From Lytechinus pictus (taxonomy: Eukaryota), in NCBI RefSeq assembly GCF_037042905.1, contig NC_087251.1:40426001-40490000 (forward strand): a stretch of DNA of 64,000 nt, read 5' to 3'. The notes below the pieces were generated by a model. It was not told the origin of the DNA and did not search any database. It saw nothing but the letters and a program-made list of their open reading frames with translations. Numbering within the stretch: position 1 is the stretch's first letter; every line of letters starts with the position of its first letter. Positions 14,428-29,038 of the stretch are shown here, piece by piece. The position numbers and the translations under genes are program-made.

Positions 14428-14818
14428 TACCCCTTTCATAAACCCAATAAAACATATCCTCCAATTAGCCGCCTAAGAGTAATGCGGATAATTCAATAAA
14501 AATTGCGTTCACAAACTCCATAAATTATTTTTACGAGCGCCCGTCCTGAAAAAGGCGGATAATCGTCATGACAACTGGACACGCCCCCTCCAATGCGGTT
14601 GTGTTGGAAAAGGGTGACCTTGTGACCGCACCATGGCAATTATCCGCATTATTTGGAAATACGTTCATAAACTCAAAATCTTGTCCCGATGCCGCTATTA
14701 TGCGGATAATAGCAGCATCAGAATAATGCGGATAACTCTTGTCCTCCTCTGATTTTACGACCAAATTATGCTGCTATTAGCCGCATAATTGTGTTTTATT
14801 GAGTTTATGAAAGGGGTA
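14428..14818. mobile_element. Harbinger-like MITE
   Basis: TIRs TACCCCTTTCATAAAC.CAATAAAACA / TGTTTTATTG.GTTTATGAAAGGGGTA. Flanks TAA/CAA. Internal GCGGATAA repeats. Confidence 0.75.
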
Positions 14819-15531
14819 CAAGAGTCTTGATCGGTTTGCAGTCACGTTCGTTTGGTGAAACAGCAGCATTACCCCCTTGCAAGCAGTAGCGCGACGAACG
14901 CGCGAAAAGGTATGTCACACATTTTAATCACGCCCCCCTTCCCAGCTGGGAGTATGGACCAATTTTTCTCCACTGTTACATTTCCCGGGCATGTGCTGCA
15001 ATAAAAAAATATGACGGCTACAAAGTTGGCATAATTAAAGAGAAAATTGACAGTGATTCCTCTGTCTAACTGGAATGACAAGGACCGGTGCTGCAGTGTC
15101 AGGGAGCTAGGGCTAATAAACCTGATGACCTTGTCGTTGGAGTTAACTAGTATACCCCCTAGGAGGACTCATACTGTGTCATTTCAATAATTGTACCAGA
15201 GCTCTCTCCATGAGGATTGATTAGTAACAACAGACATTATTTAAAAAAAAATCAAACGGAAACTTGAAAATTTTACATGCATGCGCCTCAGATTGTTACG
15301 TATCCACATTAAATGAGGTCGTTTTGGTATTAAAAAATATTTTGCATACTTTTTTTTAATAGAAAAATACACATTGAAAAGGTATTAAATAAAATATTAT
15401 AAAAACCCTTCATGGTATAGGCATAGATAGCTCCATGGTATAGGGCTTAATTCTCCCTGATGAGTTCTGCACTTAACCGTGCAGGAATATTTTCCTTGAA
15501 ACGAAGAGCATGCATGCAACAGCTGTTGTAC

Positions 15532-16068
15532 TTAAACTGGTACTCCTGGCTTAAAATAATTATATCTAAAAAAAATATAGTAAAGTAAACTGTGCAAAAT
15601 GCTGAAAATTTCATCAAAATCTGACAACAAATAACAAAGTTGAATTTTAGCAATATTTAGTTTAGCAAAGTTCATCATGAATATTCATTAGGTGGGATGA
15701 TGATGTTACACCCCCACTTTAATTCTTCTTTTATTATTACATAAAATCATAATCATTTCATATTTTCATACATGTGTGAATGATATGTCTCCCTTATATT
15801 AAATAAGTGGCAGAAATGAATATTTAATGCAATATTTTTAGTTCTTGGAGGAAAACATTTGAAAAAAAGCAAGTGTGGAGATGACATCATCAGTTTGCTC
15901 ACTGAATATTCATGAAGACAGGCAAAGCTCTGTTTTACCAGACTAATGCAAATATTTACAATGTCATAACTTTATTGTTCTTTTTGATGAAATTTTCATT
16001 GTTTTGTTTGTCTGATTTCCCTATATCTGTTTAAATCATATTATTCTCAGCCTGGAGTACCCCTTTAA
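15532..16068. mobile_element. TTAA-flanked Kolobok-like MITE
   Basis: TTAAACTGGTACTCCTGGCT...AGCCTGGAGTACCCCTTTAA, with long imperfect inverted arms. Confidence 0.8.
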
Positions 16069-18374
16069 GTCATCCTCATTATGCTGCGTTATTGTAAATT
16101 AGTTATATATTTTAATATGTTTAATATGACATACAACCACACTGACAACGGGGTCAAAAGAGTTATATGGTGATTTATTCAAATTATTTTGTACATAATT
16201 ATTTAAACAATTATTATAATCCTTACTGTGAGTGTCTTACAGTGCTTATGACATTTGAATAATTATCTAGAGTTCATGTATCTAACTGAAGATGTACTCA
16301 AGGTAACTTATCATTAGGCCTGTCAATGTTTGCCAATACTGCTCTCACATTGTATTTCAAGGAAATACAATGTGAGAGCAGTATATAATTGTATTGTATT
16401 TTGTTTCAAGGAAATGTTTGCATGTTGTCATTATTATTATCATCAAGCATTACCCAGTGTCATCATTGTCATTATCGTCACCCCCATCATCACCGTCGTC
16501 GCCAGCAACATCGTCATAATGTTTACATCAAAACCAAGGTGCCACATCTACCAACGACAGGAGGAAAGCTCACAAACACGACACGTTCGTTAATAGCTTC
16601 GTCTTCACGAGTCAAAATGGTTTCCTTTTAAACTAAGTGTTAATTACAGGCCATGGGGTATCTCTCCAACTCACGTAATCGCCCCAGTACCCTACCGCTC
16701 TGCCGAACAGGTGGATCGGCGTTTGAACCGAGTTAGAAAAGGAGATGAACTTTCCATGGAGTGTTTTTAGACATGGGCATCCAATGAATTTTGATGATAT
16801 TAGCACGTCTTATATTCCTCCGGTCGATTTGGCCTTGTGATACGATGATGAACAAACACGCCCCTACCTGGCGCTCCGAATTGATATAAACGGCAAGAAA
16901 TGCTTCAGGTTGCGGTCAGACAGCGGGCAGAACGCAGCGAGAGGACGGCTTGACGCACGGATCAAGAATTAATGAGAAGGGATTCAAAGTGACGCTATTG
17001 TAATACCATGGAGCTATGATACACAGATGGTAATACATATTAAAATCCAGGACTTTCCTATTATCTGTTTGCATGAGTTTTTTTTTCTGAATAATGATTA
17101 CTTTACTATTCGCAGGGAATCATTCTTTCGTCTTTGATTCAGTAATTAAACAAAGAAAAACTGGGTATTTGTTGTTGTTTTAAAACGTAATGTTTGTGAT
17201 GCTAATGGAATTACATACTACACTATATTCATTTTTTATTTCCCTTTTCTATACTCCTGTACTTTTGAACCGTATTTAACAATTTTGATAATTCATGTGA
17301 TTCAAGGCGAAGTTCATCCTGAAATGTTAGTTGCAAAAATACCAGAATAAATAAGAAAACGTATTTTCGTGTTTTTTTTTTAGGAGCAGGTGTGAAATGA
17401 TTTGTTTGTTGATATACTGAAGACTAAAAACAATTTTTTTTTTTGGGGGGGGGGGGGGTTGACAAAATTTCTTTGACTTTTGTCCTACATGATATATGGG
17501 GAAGCTGCTCGCATATGAATTCACAAATAAACCTTGAGCCAAAGAAATGTTCAATCCATGATATGACGAGGTTCATCTTCTGAAGATATGAAGTTAGACA
17601 GGATGCATGCGTATTTGATATAATGAAATGAAAGATGAGTGACTGGAATATACAACTTTCTGAAAATTCGAGGGAAGGGGTTTGTGGGAGAAATGTGGGA
17701 TGTAGGCCTTTTATATTAGATCACGTTGAAATTTATGGTAAGTATAATGTAAAATGGTATTTGCGAGCTATTTGCTGTATTATCGAAGGCCTGTAAAATC
17801 TTTGACCCCTTTTGTTCCCACCCTGTTCGTTATTTCAATATTGTGATGAATACGTATTGACGATTAAAGGTCTAAGAGAGGAGTGGCTCTCCCTAGTCTG
17901 GCCATATGCAGTCGTTAATCTCAGTCAGCCTTCATCAGTCGTAGATGTCTGAACATTAAATATCAGCAAGAGAAATCCATTACACCATCAAACTCGATCA
18001 AGAAGACCATTTTTGGTGGCTTATACCCTCCCATTGCTTATTCTGTTTAATGGTGTATGATGTTGGGTTAAATAAGATCTGAATTGAGATCATCGCCTTA
18101 TGTTAATGCTTATTGAAATGAGAAAGATTAAGAATAAATTAAAATTTCAGACGAAAAGTTTTATTCACATCTGACCAGTAAAAAAATGCAGTCTATATTT
18201 TATATATTTTTTAAATACCCTCTTATGAATCAAAAGAGAAATTCATTGTTGAGATTTAAAAAAACAGATCGACAATGAAGCAATGTTGTATATAAAAAGG
18301 GGTTTCGGTTTAAATTCATGTATCATGCTGATGCCGTTGATAACATTGAAACATTGTAAAATGCTAGTATAAAC

Positions 18375-18722
18375 TATTAATGATAATAATATAGAGTATT
18401 TCTAAAGCGCCAAATCCACATTGATTATGTGCTCAAGGCGCTGCGAAAAGGAAATATAAGAAAAATTACATGCAGCAGGAAGGGACAAAGATAAAGAAAC
18501 ACAGTCATGACAATGAAAGGAAACTACTGGAAGGCAATTTTAAACGAATGGGTTTTTCGAGCAATTTTGAAATTATCGATATTTGAAATACTACGAATGG
18601 AATATGGCAACTGATTCCACAAGGATGGTCCAGCATGTGCAAATGACCGATCCCCCCATGATTTCTTGGATTTAGGAACTGTAAGCAATTTTGAATCAGA
18701 AGATCTTAAACGTCGAGGAGGA
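18375..18722 (-). mobile_element. 3' end of an L2-type LINE
   Basis: The minus strand reads PPRRLRSSDSKLLTVPKSKKSWGDRSFAHAGPSLWNQLPYSIRSISNIDNFKIARKTHSFKIAFQ*, a typical L2 ORF2 C-terminus. It is followed by a 3'UTR CAGCGCCTTGAGCAC...GGCGCTTTAGAAAT and an (ATT)n tail. Confidence 0.88.
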
Positions 18723-21700
18723 TTGCATTATTGCATTATAACAATAAGATAAAATAGGGAGAATGTTCAATTTCAGAATTCGTAAAAGGTTCTAAACTGA
18801 CAAGTGGTGACCATATCCAACTCGACAACTCACACGCGCCAAATAAACTCCATACCCTAATTCCCTGAAAATAGCAGATCCCTTGTTTCATTTTCATTCT
18901 GTTGCCGAAAATGTATGTAAATCATCGATCAAAATTTAAATGAGAAGCAAGTCCAGATTGGCTGCCAAAGGATACTAATTTTAAAGTCGAAATTTCTGTT
19001 TGCTTTGAATTAAAAACTTTTTAGAATAAAACTTTGCATATGGAACTTCAAACTTTTTTGTCAAATTTGAAATTGCATCAGCAATGACTTCTCTCAATAG
19101 CTAAATATAAATACATCTCGATAAGAAAAGCAAGCATGTTTAAATAATATTGAAATTTCATAAAAATCAAATCCTATTTGATGTTTTTTTTACTTGTTTT
19201 CAATACAGACATGATAGAGGTCAAGAATTCTCGAAGATTTTGATGAGGTTAACATGACACGTGTATTGAAATTTATTAATCACGCCTCGAATGTAAGGCT
19301 ACACAGTTGCAAAATAGGAATATGAGTGATCGCGATTTCAAAATTTATATATACTTGTTTCTTTTCTATCAATTCTATTTCTTATTTCACCACTTTTACA
19401 CCGAGGATCCTTCGTCGTGACATAAATCAATATGATATTGATGCCAGGAGCATTAAAGTGATATGGTTCTCACGTCATGATGTTATTACTAACAATGGCA
19501 TGGTAGATGAGATTTGTAACAAACTGTTAACGGGCTAATGAGAATATTCGCATGACCTCGATACTTTCTTGTTCTTTATCTGCGACTATTGGCCACTTTT
19601 ATGAGAAATCCATTGGTGAAGAATTGTCACCATGGTAACAGCAACATACCTGTCGTACCAAGGATGGCGAGCAGACGATGTTCAGAATGTTAGGAATCCA
19701 ATTCGCGCCGATTCGAACGCAATAAAACTCGATCAGACATGGTATCACGGAATTAAAAAAATCTGGTGAACGCATTCCAACTTCATTGGCATGAGAGTCA
19801 GAAATCTAAGCTGCCCGACAAGGCACAGTGACATCGTGCCGACAAATTTTTGTCGTACTAATGTGGGAAGGCGATTATTTATGTTAGGTAATCTATGATG
19901 CATCTGCCATCTTGGAAAACGCACGGGTATGCCTCTTAGGTGTCCTGTCCTACTTCAAAGGGATCGATCAAAAAGATGGACAGTTTTGTTTGTAAACGTT
20001 CATTTAGCTAGTTTGTGCTTTTGTTTCAAGACCATGGTTTTTGTTTTATGATGATCATCTTTGTGTAACATGTTTAAAGCTTCCTGTTAAAATGATTGAA
20101 ATCAAATGCTCAACTTCGTTTTGATTCACAAGAGTTCCTAATGTCCGATGCAGATTTGAGGATAGAATTAAATGAAATTTGAAAATATTTGGCCATCTTG
20201 GCAATCTCTGTCTCCCATAAAATTGGGTATAACATGAAGAAACTCCATTTGATAGGGACTCATCCATTCTCCCCCACCCCAACTCATCTCATCATCTCTC
20301 TTCCCAGGTCGCTCGTCCTCTTTCATACACCACCCCTCATCAGGATCATGTTAATTGCATTATAAGCATTGGCTTCCAGTCGACCTCACCGCTCACATGC
20401 CTGACATACCGACAACAAATATCGAAAGGGAAAAGAAGGAGAGATAGAAGATGAACAAAATGACGCACCTTAATCCAGTAAGATGCTAGCTCAAAGATGC
20501 GAAAGGGGATTTGGAAAGGAGGGAAAATCCGGTGAAAAGCTTCAACGGTAATTTGCTTCGATGAGAGATGATGTGCGACGATTCTCAAAACTGACTGTCT
20601 GTCGAGTCACGTCTTTGATGTATATATGGTATACGCACAACATTTCATTAATTTTACCTGATGTTCTAGTCACCCTAGGTACCTTTGTGTTACTTCATGA
20701 ATTCAAAAAATGAATGACTTTAAAATCAACCACGTGAATACTTAGTTACTGCCGTATTGCTCTTGCTATCTGACTATAGCGAAACTGACAGAACGCCTCG
20801 AGCACCGCGAGACCAAATTCGTACTTTTTAAAATTTGCTATACATTCTATTCCTGTTATGTGTAACAGTTCATCTTATCATTGCGATTGGAGTATCAGAA
20901 GTCTGCTGTAATCTTTTATCTAGAAGTTCTAGAACGGATCCAAAATGATAACGCAAATGGTAAATATTCCAGAACAAACGTAGACAGGTGTTTCGATAGA
21001 AAGTTAAAAGCTTCAACAATTTATAGTTTTTGCCCACAAAGTCATATGAAATAACTTGATACCAAATCGCTATATCAACATGATGATAACTGAGATTGTT
21101 ACTTAAAGTAGCAAAATCTAAGTACTACTGTAAGTTTTATCATTACTATTTTCAAATAGGCCTATATGGTCATAATGGTTATGTTCTTTTCTATATGTTA
21201 TCATATGAGTAGATAATGTCGTTTAAAGTTTGGCCCATACGCATTGTTTGAAATCTTAGTTTGGAGGAATTATCCTTAAGAGGAGACTGCGCCCTTAATT
21301 TTATGTCGGCTTTAAGAACGGTGTTTGGTCTCTGATGGGGTCGGAATGTCGGCCGTCAATCTTAATACATACCAATCCGTGATGTGTCGTCAATTGTCAT
21401 CTTCCTTATTGACCTTTCGTCATCTATAAGCACCATAATGATTAATATGCTCTAATTCCTAGCATACTTACATGCGACGGGGCCCAATCATATCACACAC
21501 ACACACGCGCACACAATTCACCGGCCTGGGGACCAATTTTTCAATTATTGTGTACCTAAAGCATTTTTGTCGCAGCTTAACATAACAAGAAATCCCTTAT
21601 CCACGCGCAGACGATCAATCATGATAAATAAGGCGTTTTATGGCGGGAGATAAATTTTGGGGGTGATGGCTGGGCCTGTTGGAACGTCATATTCACGGCG

Positions 21701-21769
21701 GCTCTCGGTCGATACGACGACTCCCGTCTACTGAAGATGACTGCTACTTTTCAAGGTGACACAATAAAA

Positions 21770-22026
21770 TGGTGATGATATATTTGAGTGATCCCAAGAA
21801 AATTTATCTTATAATGGGTTGAGTTCCTGTTATCGATATTATTCAGATGGAAAAGACGAGATTACTTTCATGGCGATTATGATATATTTAAAATATTTAT
21901 CCCAAGAAAATTTATATTATAATGGGTTAAGTTCCTTTAAAGGAAATGTTTTGTGTTATCGATATTATTCAGATGGAAAAGACGAAATTACTTTCATGGC
22001 GATTATAATATATTTAAAATATTTAT
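21770..22026. repeat. ~127-bp tandem duplication
   Basis: TGTTATCGATATTATTCAGATGGAAAAGACGA occurs at 21828 and 21955. Confidence 0.85.
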
Positions 22027-23210
22027 GTCTTCTATGTCATGTGTTGTCTTGTATGTCCTTCTTGGGCAGTTATAAGTCATTGCCTGGTCTACATTTATTT
22101 GTGTCAGTAAATGTGCATTATTTTTTATAGTTTTATACTATGCTCAATATTTTACCCCTTTCCTTTAAGTTTTTCTTTCTCTTCTCCTCTCCCGCCTATT
22201 TCCTTTACTACATGGGGATATGCCCCCTCCCCCTAAATAAAAATAACATAAGACAAAATAGGTATTGACGAAGTTCGACTGCGATTAAGTTATGACTTCT
22301 CTAATTTGCATTCATATAATCTGGTAATTGCATAATTAAAAAGAACTAAAGAGCATTAAATTCTAGTATTTGCAGTTACAGCACATTTATTTACGTATTT
22401 ATAGATAAGTACGTCTACTTACATGCATGTATAAATGCTTCAATATTTCTTGAACAATACTTCATTTCCGGTTTGTGAAAACCTCATCGTCATCTCTCTT
22501 TATCCTTTTTTTTTCATTTTTGCATTGCATTGAATGAAGCAATTAAGTACTCCAAATATGATGCATATGCCTAAGTTGGACCAGTAAATGCATATTACCA
22601 GATTAAGGTAAGTCCACACCGTGTGTGTGTACTTATAGGAGCAAATTAATATTAAGTATCGGTGACGTATGAACCACTACGCTTAGCTGGCTAATGTAAA
22701 TATCGGTTGGAAAACTAGTGATGATCTTGGCAGATGGTTAGAAGGGTAGTCAGGGGCATATATCGGTATGGGAGTGTACTTACAGATGGAGGAGGACTCA
22801 GCAATACTGACGTAGGGTATACGTCGCGAACACAGCTCTTCGAAAAGACCCCCTAGATATGGCACCCCCCCCCCCGTATTTCCACCTGCTTTATTCTGTT
22901 TAAATTTTATTCCCACTAAAAATTCATACAAACTGACAAAAACATTAACTTAAAATCAAGGAATTTTAGATGACATGGTAAAAACACGGACGAATTAACC
23001 CTACAAAAAAATATACCAGTTTCATGATTTTTGTTTTTGTTTTTTTCTTAAAAACATACCCCATTAACGTCACCTCGAACGACAAAATAACACATTTACG
23101 CGTTTTCTGGTTACTTGAGTTCCCCAATATAGTTCCCCTTACGTGTATGTACTTGATATACATATGCACGTATAACAGCCTATTCGGTCCTGTCTCACCC
23201 CCCCCCCCCC

Positions 23211-23462
23211 CATTGGCGGCGGAAGCCAAAAAAAAATAGGGGGGTCCACCTAAATTTTGGGATGGACACAGGTAAAAATTCTGACAAGCCCAAAAAATAT
23301 AAAAAGGTTATCAACCAAAATTTTAGAGGGGGCACAAAAATTTTACGGGGGTCCACCTGAATTTAGGGGGGGGGACGCAGGAAACAAAATTGACAAGCAA
23401 AAAAAAAAAGAAAAAAAGGTTATCAACCCCAATTTTAGGGGGGACCACCAAAATTTTTTTTT
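23211..23462. repeat. interspersed element fragment with two ~120-bp internal repeats
   Basis: GGGGGTCCACCT...TGACAAGC(A)nGGTTATCAACC...AATTTTAG.GGGG occurs twice. Confidence 0.55.
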
Positions 23463-24270
23463 GACCCTGTCACTCGATCCCATGGTTATATAACAATGTT
23501 CAAAGGATTCTATCAGAATCAGTGAGAATTGGGGCTGTATATTGAATATCAGTTTAACAAGAGAGTACCCCTTAATACCATCGGTTCGACAAGGCACCAC
23601 GGGATGTTATCTTGTCATGAACTCCAGGTCTTAAATGATGACGAACATTGGAGATAACAAATTGCTTAACATTAATTTTATATCCAGCTGATCAGGTTTA
23701 AAATCAAACTGGTTTCCCTATTCCGATACCATCAAGGGTTAAGCTCTTTTAACTAACCGCCGAAGTTATGATATAGCACCTGGCATAAGGGATCCGCAAG
23801 AGACAAAGTTAATCAATAAGGAAAGGGAAATACCAAGTATAAATACAAAATTTAATGTTTAAGCGTTGATACATGTATTTAACAAATTAATCTTACACAA
23901 CATGCCTGTGTCGAGCGAGGTGCATTTAATTGGGAACAGGAATTGTTTGGCAAGACAAAACATAGCAATATATTAGTAGGGATTGTATTGATACTTTTTT
24001 GTTAATTTTATTATCAATGTATTTCAGATTCAATGCTTGAAATGATTAGACGGATCAGGGGCAGCAGAATGTTGGATGGGGGGGGGGGGGAGGAGAGTGA
24101 CCCACTTAAAGAAAAACAACCTTCCGAGCCAAAAATGGCTTTCTCCTCTGCACTTGTAAAAAGTCATATACCACTTTTCTACTTCACCCTGCCCTTCAAA
24201 CATGTTCCGCCACCCCTGATTACCATTGTAACATTGAATTACCATATAGCCATAGACTCGAGACCGTGAG

Positions 24271-25170
24271 GGCCTGGTCCCACTTGCCGACGGATACAAA
24301 GCGTATCCATAAAATAATGAGACAGCGCGGACGAGTAGAATTTCGCGGGTGACTCCGTCCGTTTTCATCCGCTCCAGAAATTGACAAAATTGGCGAAAAA
24401 ATTGCGAAAACATAACGGAAAAGAACGGACGTGGGTATAGCGCGGATGTTAAACGGTTGTTTATCGGAAAGCTTGCGGATGAAAAACGGATGGAAGTGGA
24501 TGACAGCTCCGAAGGAGTTACCGGGGGTTTCGAATACTTTATTTACGAGCTGCATACGCTTACATCCTCTCTATTTCCGTGCTACTAACGATGTATAGAG
24601 GTTCCATGTACCTTATCTTCCCCCCCCCCTCTTTCCGTCGTTCAGCTTCAGTGGATCTGAGTTGCGAGGATGCCCAGAGGATGCAGAGACGATGACGTTT
24701 AGCGGATGATAACGGACATGGAATGTTTGTTGCTCGCATAATTATGTTGAGGATTTACATCGTACCGGAAGAAAGTTTATCCGTCGTAGAATTTTTATGC
24801 AGCTCAAAAGTTTTTGCGCGGATGAAATCTCAGTGGTCGGATGCTCGATGGATAGAGCGTATGTAATGGCCCGGTCCCACTGGCCGACGGACACAAAACG
24901 TATTCATAATGGATACAGCGGACAAGCAATATTTCGGGGTGGTTCCATCAGTTTTCATCCGCTCCAGACAATGAACAAAATGGGCTAACAATGAAATTAC
25001 AGTGGACGGATGCTCGATGGATATAGAGCGTATGAAACACGCGTCTGCAAAGAGTACACAACGGATACATAACGTTTCCCAACGTATGCCAAGATTCTTT
25101 TCCGTTTTAGATCCTCTTTGCATCCGTAATGTTCCTTCCCCGGTCCAAACAGCATTCACCGTTAGCCTAT
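24271..25170. mobile_element. Harbinger-like non-autonomous element(s), two partial tandem copies
   Basis: Terminus GGCC.GGTCCCACT.GCCGACGGA.ACAAA at ~24271 and again at ~24868. Rich in CGGAT/ACGGA subrepeats. Confidence 0.6.
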
Positions 25171-25418
25171 ATTGCCTGCTGCTTTGTTGAAAAGAACGAA
25201 ATGTTTTTTTTTCAACAATCCGTCGAATATACAGATATATTTATAAATGAAGCATGTTTCTCTGCACTTTGTTTCTTCATATTTTACGCATAAGGTCTCA
25301 TATGGAAGATGTGAAGATTGATATTCAAGCTATGAAATTTGCTTTCCGAATAGATAGCAGTAAAAGACCGAAAAACTCGTCAAATGAAAATTTGGTAGCA
25401 CCACTTTCCATTGTTTTA

Positions 25419-25626
25419 GGCGCGATAGCTCAGTCGGTAGAGCGGGGTTTCCGATTCTGGTGACCCGGGTTTGATTCCCATGCACTTGGTGCGCTACAGT
25501 GCCCTTTGGTAAGGCATTATCCCTCATTACCAGGTCCCTCGGAGAGGACCTTAAGCCGTCGGTCTTCTTGTTGCTTGCTTACAAGCATTCATGCTTCCTT
25601 AGGAATCAGGTAAAGAATCACCACCA
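25419..25626 (+). mobile_element. tRNA-derived SINE
   Basis: A-box TAGCTCAGTCGG and B-box GGTTTGATTCCC. The body has GTGCCCTTTGGTAAGGCA and a CCCTCGGAGAGGACCTTAAGCCGTCGGTC segment resembling the Deu/Nin SINE domain. Confidence 0.75.
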
Positions 25627-26627
25627 TTTATACCATTATAAACGTGCAGACGGGACTCAGGTGAAAGAAGAGAAGCATATCTTTTCCATTCATGCGCTAC
25701 ATTTCATGAAGCAAATTTATGATCATGATAGGAAAAAATGCACTGAGAAGCTATTACACTGAATCAGGGTTTCCTTTTTTTCTGGGAGGTTAACGTAACA
25801 AATTTTGACTAAGTATAATTGACTTGTACTTTAAGAACTCTGCATCTGAATAAGTGAATTGACATTAAAATGCACACTATTATCAGTATACACTATATCT
25901 TTAAAAACTAAGACAATGTGAAAATGGCATGAATTGAATAATGCCTTGCGAATGTTGGTGATATAACAGGATAGACGGAATCTGGGATGTTTTTATTCAG
26001 ATCATCTCTTTTGAAATTATAGATTCAGTACACTTTATCTCCGTCCTCATACATCATGTAATGATTCATTATTGTCCTGTGCCCATAATATGGACAAACT
26101 TTTAAACAACTCATTACCACATTGTGGTATGACAGACTTCGTTACTCGCATATTTCAGATGATGTATGTCGACATATAGCTCATTTAACAGACATTTTAA
26201 TTGGACATCATTTGTCAAAGTTCTGTCTGTCTCATTCATAAGTCAAAGTACATGAAGTATATTAGAGCTAATATAATAGATACAAAAATATAGTCTTAGA
26301 ATGTAGACATCGTCTGTTTGATTAAAATGACAAATTACTTAAAGGAGATTGTAAACATATACCGATTACTTAAATGGGGTTAGAAATCATTTGTAGCACG
26401 TTGGACATTTCTCGCGATGCAAGTTATTTTAATGTCTGACTTTGGTATAAGAACAAATGTTAAGCACATTTTTTTCAATACTTGATTCGAATGAATGAAA
26501 ATTTAACCCAAGTGCAAATAGAATAACATTGCTCATATTTGAATGTCAGTTTCAGCTTTTTACGCATCAGTTTTTCTTTTAATTTTGTTTTCAACTGTTT
26601 CATTTTTAAATGATTTTTTTTCTCTCA

Positions 26628-26746
26628 TTAAAGGGATGGTCCTGGCTGAAAGTTTTCACAAAATATTGCTAAACTTTAAAATTCAATAACTTTGTTATTT
26701 GTTATCCGATTTTGATGAATTTTCAGCATTTTGCTCAGTGAATTCT
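26628..26746. mobile_element. internally deleted Kolobok-like MITE fragment
   Basis: Left end TTAAAGGGATGGTCCTGGCTGAAA is joined directly to right-arm sequence that is also seen at 29500-29600. Confidence 0.6.
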
Positions 26747-26796
26747 GAACAAACGAAGAACAAACGTGATAATAAGGTGGAGGAGAGGGACTGGCG

Positions 26797-26878
26797 GTGA
26801 TGACGATGGAGGTGGTGGTGGTGATGATGATGATGATGATGGTGATGGTGATGATGGTGGTCGTGATGATGATGATGG
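26797..26878. repeat. (GAT/GGT)n trinucleotide microsatellite
   Basis: Direct inspection. Confidence 0.85.
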
Positions 26879-29038
26879 CCGAGATAAAGAAAATTGAACA
26901 TGGTTCAAAACAAAATAAATGTATGGAACTATAATAACTTAACAAATGTATAGGCATTAATTGTTATCGCTTTATTGATAACAACAACGGCAGGTATCAC
27001 AATTCCCTTTCCATATGAAAAAAAATGTATCATTCAAAATTTAAGATCAAAATAACGATTCAGTGCACCCATCTCATATACACTGTTAACGCGGAATCCA
27101 ATCATTTTAAGTTGCCATAACAACGAACAAGACTGTTTCATTCGCCATTGAAATCAAAGAGACTAGGCACTGATTGTGGTTGTGTCGCTTAACACACTCA
27201 ATCACCAGTATGCAATAATACTCTTTCCTGAATGGACAAAACTCGGATCAAATTCGTAAAACTAAACAATGAGAAATCCTTACAGCTTAACAACAAAATA
27301 TTCGATCTTACAAGACTACATTATATTTGTATTTCAATTTCTTTTGAAAAAATATTTACTTCTTCTGCAAAAGATAATTTCCTTCAAATGACACCTTATT
27401 ATACGGCATTTTGTATTTATTGTGTTCCTTTCCTCTTTTCTTTTCAATGCAAAATTATTTATGCCCCCCCCCCCCCTGTCTGTCAAAAACCTCTTGATGT
27501 GTCTTGTTTTTGTGTGAAGCCTTAGCTGGTTCAGTGGTGTAATATAGCCCACACACCGATAGTAGGGGAATGAGTACGCGCCCAGGCGCCACTTTCCAAT
27601 CTTATTTCGGGTCATTTTTGTCTGTACCCTGACAGAGTGGAGTCCAAATAGACAAGTTGTGAGCTGTATTGCTCGTGGATACATGTGCATTTTGCTTAGT
27701 CCGTCTACCATGAAAATTATAAAATACATAAACAAAATCGATAATATGACCGTAGACCACTTACTGGAGGGAAGGCTGCTTCACCCCTCCCATTTCATTG
27801 TTTCTCGAGCCAAAGGTCCTTCATCAGAACCCATTACAAATTTTGAAAAATTCACTAAAATTGTACAATAGAAATACATACACACACGAAATATGTTTTT
27901 TATCAACATTTTATGTCTTCGATTTTTTTATTTCGTTTTCTTCCAATACATCCCGGTTAGAAGTAAGTATTTGAGGGGGGGGGGTGAGGCAGTTTTCAAC
28001 ATCCCTCTTCTGTCTTCGTTCATTCGTTTGGTATCCCTCCCACAAGACTGCGTTCATCTGTTCCAAACATATATCGTAACTTAAAACCTCCACCGAATTT
28101 GCGATGACAATACGACCGGGAATTAGCGAGATGCTTTCGATTCTTCTCCTATACCACCATCATTGCTCTCCTCTGATTTGAGAGCTGGTAAGACAATATT
28201 TACCAGCAAGAGCGGTTGTCCGAAATAAAACAATGTTTAAACGATTGAGTTACATAGTTCACAGGAGACATTGTCATGATGAAATTTATGTTTTAATGAT
28301 CAAGTAATAAAGGTTACACAGAAAAAATACAGAGTGCTGGGTAATACTCGTTAATTGGATCAGAGCTTGATATTTATGTATATCATTGTAAAAATGAAAC
28401 GTTCAAAGCTGTTTCACCCAATATATTGCAATTCCGCTTCATTTCGTAACTTAAAATTCCTAGAAGCTAACTTTTGATTCTGTCGATTTTAGTTGATTTC
28501 CTATTAATGGTTGTTAGATCATTTTCAAGAATAAAGTAACTTGTAAAATTACTCACTTCATAACAAGCAAACCTACATCTTCTGAAGAAGCCCTATGGAT
28601 AAAATATTAGTTAAGTAAAAAAAAACTGCGTAAGTAATTGATTTCCCATCTACTAAAAACTAAAGGTGATGATTATTTCACATCGGAAATGATCTCATAA
28701 ATATCATATATGGTAGAAAGGGAGAGAATAGTAGAAAGTAAAAAGAATGAACGTAAAAATCTAGAGTGAAATAGGAAGATCCAGTATATATCTGTAGCAA
28801 ACCATGAATATTAATGTTAAAAAGATTAATGAAATTATGCACATAAACTGTTAGCTGTTCTTCATAGTACCCACGTGGCGGTGTACTTGCAGTTTATTCT
28901 GCTCACTTCACTCTAATCTGCACTCATTATATCATTATCTCCAAACATTCCAAATATTGGTGGACTGTTTCTATACAGCATACCTGACTCCCGGGATAGC
29001 GTGTTGGTTCATTTCAATATGTTCACCAAGCAACGGTT

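Noticed and set aside
25419..25492. tRNA gene (also ~30325-30400)
   Set aside because: A/B boxes are present, but there is no proper acceptor stem and the sequence continues into a SINE body and tail.
26676..26957. His-rich and Ile/Thr-rich ORFs
   Set aside because: Translations of a (GAT/GGT)n microsatellite plus a MITE fragment.
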